DNA of 61,711 nucleotides, from the IMG/VR virus record IMGVR_UViG_3300042549_004976. The stretch is one strand, 5' to 3'. Position 1 is the first letter of the stretch; every line of letters starts with the position of its first letter. The translations under genes and the position numbers were made by a program. The notes below the pieces were generated by a model. That model did no database searches and was not told where the DNA came from. It saw only the letters and a list, made by a program, of their open reading frames with translations. Source of the DNA: an uncultured virus (IMG/VR IMGVR_UViG_3300042549_004976). Taxonomy: Duplodnaviria; Heunggongvirae; Uroviricota; Caudoviricetes. Below, in pieces: positions 59,046-61,711 of the stretch.

Positions 59046-59783
59046 TTACGAGTTCAGGTACTGAGAGTACCCGTTCTCTAGGAAGATGTTCTTCTCTGTG
59101 CGGGGCACCAAACCTATTTCAATAATTGCTGCTTCGGGTTCGGATCCCACCACATCCCGCACCTCTCGGAGTGCGCTCTTGATGGAGTCACGGGATATGC
59201 CTTCAATGATTGGGGAGGGTGAGTTCGCAGAGAACTTTCGTGCGTACACTTTCAGCCACCCCTTCATGTACGCAAGCCGCTGCACATGGTAGGCAAGATC
59301 AATGTACAGTTCCTTGATACGCTGCCCAACGAGTTCGGGAGTCCAGTCTATTACGATTCCGTCCCGTGAGAACGCTAGTACCCTTCGGGAAGTTAGCCAC
59401 TCCCCTTCTGCTGCCAGTGCCTTTTTCAATTCTGCTGGCGAGATGCCGAACCGCTCTGGATGGTTTACTATTTGGGTAACATGGAACTCCCCCTCACCCC
59501 CAAAGGTGAACCACGGTTTCGTGGGATGCCACCACCCTGCATTGGTGCTTGTAGCCCACTGGTAGGGAGCGCGTGAAGGCTTTCGTGCGCCCCGTTCACG
59601 CTGATGCCTGGCAAGATCTCGTGCTGCCATCCTTGCCATGACTCCACCGTACAGGCGGGTTTGGCGGCGGGAGTACAGCAAGTCCTTACGAGACTGCGGA
59701 GCAGTATCACGGGGAGGCGTGTACGCGTTGGGATTGTCCTGAATCTCTAGCCGCTCGGAGATGTACTGCCTGAACGGAATCAC
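59046..59783 (-). CDS. CTS-tagged hypothetical protein
   Basis: MIPFRQYISE (GTG start). Confidence 0.58.
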   Translation of the reverse strand: MIPFRQYISERLEIQDNPNAYTPPRDTAPQSRKDLLYSRRQTRLYGGVMARMAARDLARHQRERGARKPSRAPYQWATSTNAGWWHPTKPWFTFGGEGEFHVTQIVNHPERFGISPAELKKALAAEGEWLTSRRVLAFSRDGIVIDWTPELVGQRIKELYIDLAYHVQRLAYMKGWLKVYARKFSANSPSPIIEGISRDSIKSALREVRDVVGSEPEAAIIEIGLVPRTEKNIFLENGYSQYLNS

Positions 59784-60151
59784 CCCTCGGATCCCTCGTC
59801 TAGTACACTTCCCGCACCCTTGGAGCGGAGCAGTCCACGAATGTCGGCGAGTTCACGAGCGGCATCCCGATCACCCTTCACCACTAGCCCTTCGTACTTC
59901 GTTTTCAATTCACGCAGACGGGTGGTGGTCATCTTCTCTAGTTGGGCGCGAGTATGGGATTCCTGTACAGGTTTCGCCTTTACGAATTTACCAATAGTCT
60001 TGTGTAACTTCTTGTGTGCGGCTTCACCAGCGGCACCAGGTAATTCTTTTAAGTCTTGGGCTTCTGCTGCCTTGAGTTCTGCCTTTGTGACTTCTTGAAC
60101 AGTGCGAGTAAAGTCGGGAAGGCGGTCAGTAGTGAATGGATTAGGTTTCAT
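59780..60151 (-). CDS. Hypothetical protein
   Basis: AGGAG RBS; internal VQE sites. Confidence 0.5.
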   Translation of the reverse strand: MKPNPFTTDRLPDFTRTVQEVTKAELKAAEAQDLKELPGAAGEAAHKKLHKTIGKFVKAKPVQESHTRAQLEKMTTTRLRELKTKYEGLVVKGDRDAARELADIRGLLRSKGAGSVLDEGSEG

Positions 60152-60368
60152 TTGTACGGTTCTCCTGTGAAATTATGTAGGCGCGTACAGGATCTGATTC
60201 CCCACTCCACCGCAGCATACGATTAAAGAATTCACGCCGCCGCTCGCATCCTGTACAGCCGCTGATCCCCATAGCAGAGGTAAGAGTATGAAGCGCATCA
60301 CCTAATCCCCGTACAGGAGGCGTTTGAGGAGAAACCGCATTAGGAGGTTGTGGAAGAGGATCTGCCAT
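60141..60368 (-). CDS. Small CxxC protein
   Basis: GLGD..GISGCTGCERRREFFN. Confidence 0.5.
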   Translation of the reverse strand: MADPLPQPPNAVSPQTPPVRGLGDALHTLTSAMGISGCTGCERRREFFNRMLRWSGESDPVRAYIISQENRTNET

Positions 60369-60509
60369 GATTATTTAAAAGTATGCCCCGTGTTTCCCCC
60401 ACAATACGGTGCCTTTCGAAAGGGTTGAAATAATGGGGGAAGCCCCTGTATCGCGTGGGGCGGTGTGGGGTGATGTGGGAGTGTACGCGCAAACTATTTT
60501 TTCACTGAA

Positions 60510-60797
60510 CTACTGCGCCCCATACTTTCGTCCGCGCAATGACGCAGCACGATCTAGATTCTCTCTGTACCTCTGAGGTACACCCGCACCAATTTTTTTA
60601 GTTAACTCGCGGAACTGCGCCCCTGGTCCCACAGTGGCATCAACTCCTGTCACGGGTGGAGTATTGAACGCACGAGCAATAGATTTTTTCTTACACTTTG
60701 CACACTTGCCCTCTAGTGGCAGATCACGGTCTGCAACAGAGTGAAACTCGTCCCATGAGTGGGTGCATTTAGTACAGGTGTATTCGTATGTGGGCAT
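60510..60797 (-). CDS. FmdB-family zinc-ribbon protein
   Basis: MPTYEYTCTKC..CAKC. Confidence 0.75.
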   Translation of the reverse strand: MPTYEYTCTKCTHSWDEFHSVADRDLPLEGKCAKCKKKSIARAFNTPPVTGVDATVGPGAQFRELTKKIGAGVPQRYRENLDRAASLRGRKYGAQ

Positions 60798-60819
60798 GAT
60801 ATAGATTCTCCTACTGTAT

Positions 60820-61239
60820 TTATCCCTCTTTAGCCAAGCGTTTCATGTATTTGCGGTGTTCTTTCAGGAGGAAGCACTGTTTAATTGGGAGTTTATACTG
60901 GCGACACAGGGCAATAGCCTGTTTCTCAGTGGCTTCCTCTAGTTTAAAGTAGTCTTTCTCGTTGAACACAGGGTCTTCATCACGCCATTGGATGAAATGG
61001 GCGTACTCGTGCACTAAAGTAAAGAGCCATTGGCGTGTGGAGCGTGAGCCAGTGCCCACTATAAGGGTTCCGCGCTCCCCTGCCTTGTGATCAGGAGACT
61101 GAAAGTACCCTTGAACACGGGATCCCCCGCAGTTAACGCGGAAACCAGTGGACAGCACCACTCGCACATTACATTTTTTGCATTCACGACGAACTAATTT
61201 CAGGAATTGCTGTACCCGTGGGTTCTTCATGTAGGACAT
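60820..61239 (-). CDS. HEXXH metallopeptidase-like protein
   Basis: TLVHEYAHFIQW..LEEATE; start inferred after GAGG. Confidence 0.6.
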   Translation of the reverse strand: MSYMKNPRVQQFLKLVRRECKKCNVRVVLSTGFRVNCGGSRVQGYFQSPDHKAGERGTLIVGTGSRSTRQWLFTLVHEYAHFIQWRDEDPVFNEKDYFKLEEATEKQAIALCRQYKLPIKQCFLLKEHRKYMKRLAKEG

Positions 61240-61492
61240 AAGGCGAATCCTCCTCTCTATGTTGTCGAGTATATTGGAATCATGCGATTTAAATCCAATT
61301 AATGTATTCGTGTACTCTAATGCCGTGGATTTCCACGGGTTTTGGTAGGAATCGCGTTCTCCCTGCGCTCTCACCTGTGAAAAATTGCACAATGTAGGGG
61401 GTAAGTGGCAAATAACAGGGTCTGATAATGAAATATTCAGTATTATTGGACATTCGCCCTGTGAAAAACCCTATTTTTTCACTCCAAACGGG

Positions 61493-61521
61493 TTGTAAAA
61501 CCCCTATATTTCATGTACAAT
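61493..61521 (+). promoter_or_regulatory. Sigma70-type early promoter
   Basis: TTGTAA-N17-TACAAT with AT-rich upstream region, 6 nt before ATG 61528. Confidence 0.6.
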
Positions 61522-61527
61522 TTGGGT

Positions 61528-61711
61528 ATGTCGAATACTTCGCTCGTCTCTACCTCGTCCGCACCTAATGCCGCCAAGTCTACGCTTGCGCGACTGCTTG
61601 CCGCTGAAAATATTACTGTTTCACATGAGCGCGTTGAAACCGCGTCATTCGATTTGAAGTCGCGCCAATTGCGTCTGCCTATGTGGTCAGGTGCATCGGT
61701 GCAGTTGTACG
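61528..61711 (+). CDS. N-terminus of a conserved T4-like peptidase/CobT-like protein (truncated by window end)
   Basis: Hand translation: KSTLARLLAAENITVSH..TASFDLKSRQLRLPMW. Confidence 0.6.
   Translation, partial: MSNTSLVSTSSAPNAAKSTLARLLAAENITVSHERVETASFDLKSRQLRLPMWSGASVQLY

Noticed and set aside
1..61711. Stop-codon reassignment, tRNA genes, and the many antisense or nested ORFs in the track
   Set aside because: Code 11 gives dense, full-length genes ending in all three stops; no cloverleaf recognised by eye; antisense ORFs overlap well-supported genes and lack motifs

Overview
A 61.7 kb fragment of a large T4-like (myovirus-type) dsDNA phage in the standard genetic code; no rRNA, tRNA or CRISPR array seen. 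The + strand (1-36.9 kb) carries: a glycan-synthesis cluster with a RuBisCO-like protein, glf, an epimerase, a WavE-like gene and glycosyltransferases; nucleotide, repair and modification genes (dUTPase, Nmad1-like, UvsE, AdoMetDC-like, DNA methyltransferase, HNH); the T4 replication core (gp43, UvsX, gp41, gp61, ThyX); a collagen/fibre cluster; class II RNR; a trypsin-like lipoprotein; and RuvC. The - strand (36.9-61.3 kb) carries membrane proteins, a 1446-aa putative receptor-binding protein and a long late region. Most striking: seven consecutive genes (54.9-59.8 kb) plus one more start with a 10-aa M-x-x-F-x-x-x-[LI]-x-E leader matching the T4 capsid-targeting sequence. Their cargoes are a GNAT-like domain, an HNH module and a four-copy paralogous domain, and neighbouring mosaic proteins have modules bounded by gp21-like Glu sites. 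This suggests a head-packaged, protease-processed effector arsenal. A Phycisphaerae-style dockerin-like loop hints at a Planctomycetota host. All family assignments come from motifs read by eye; no database search was run.
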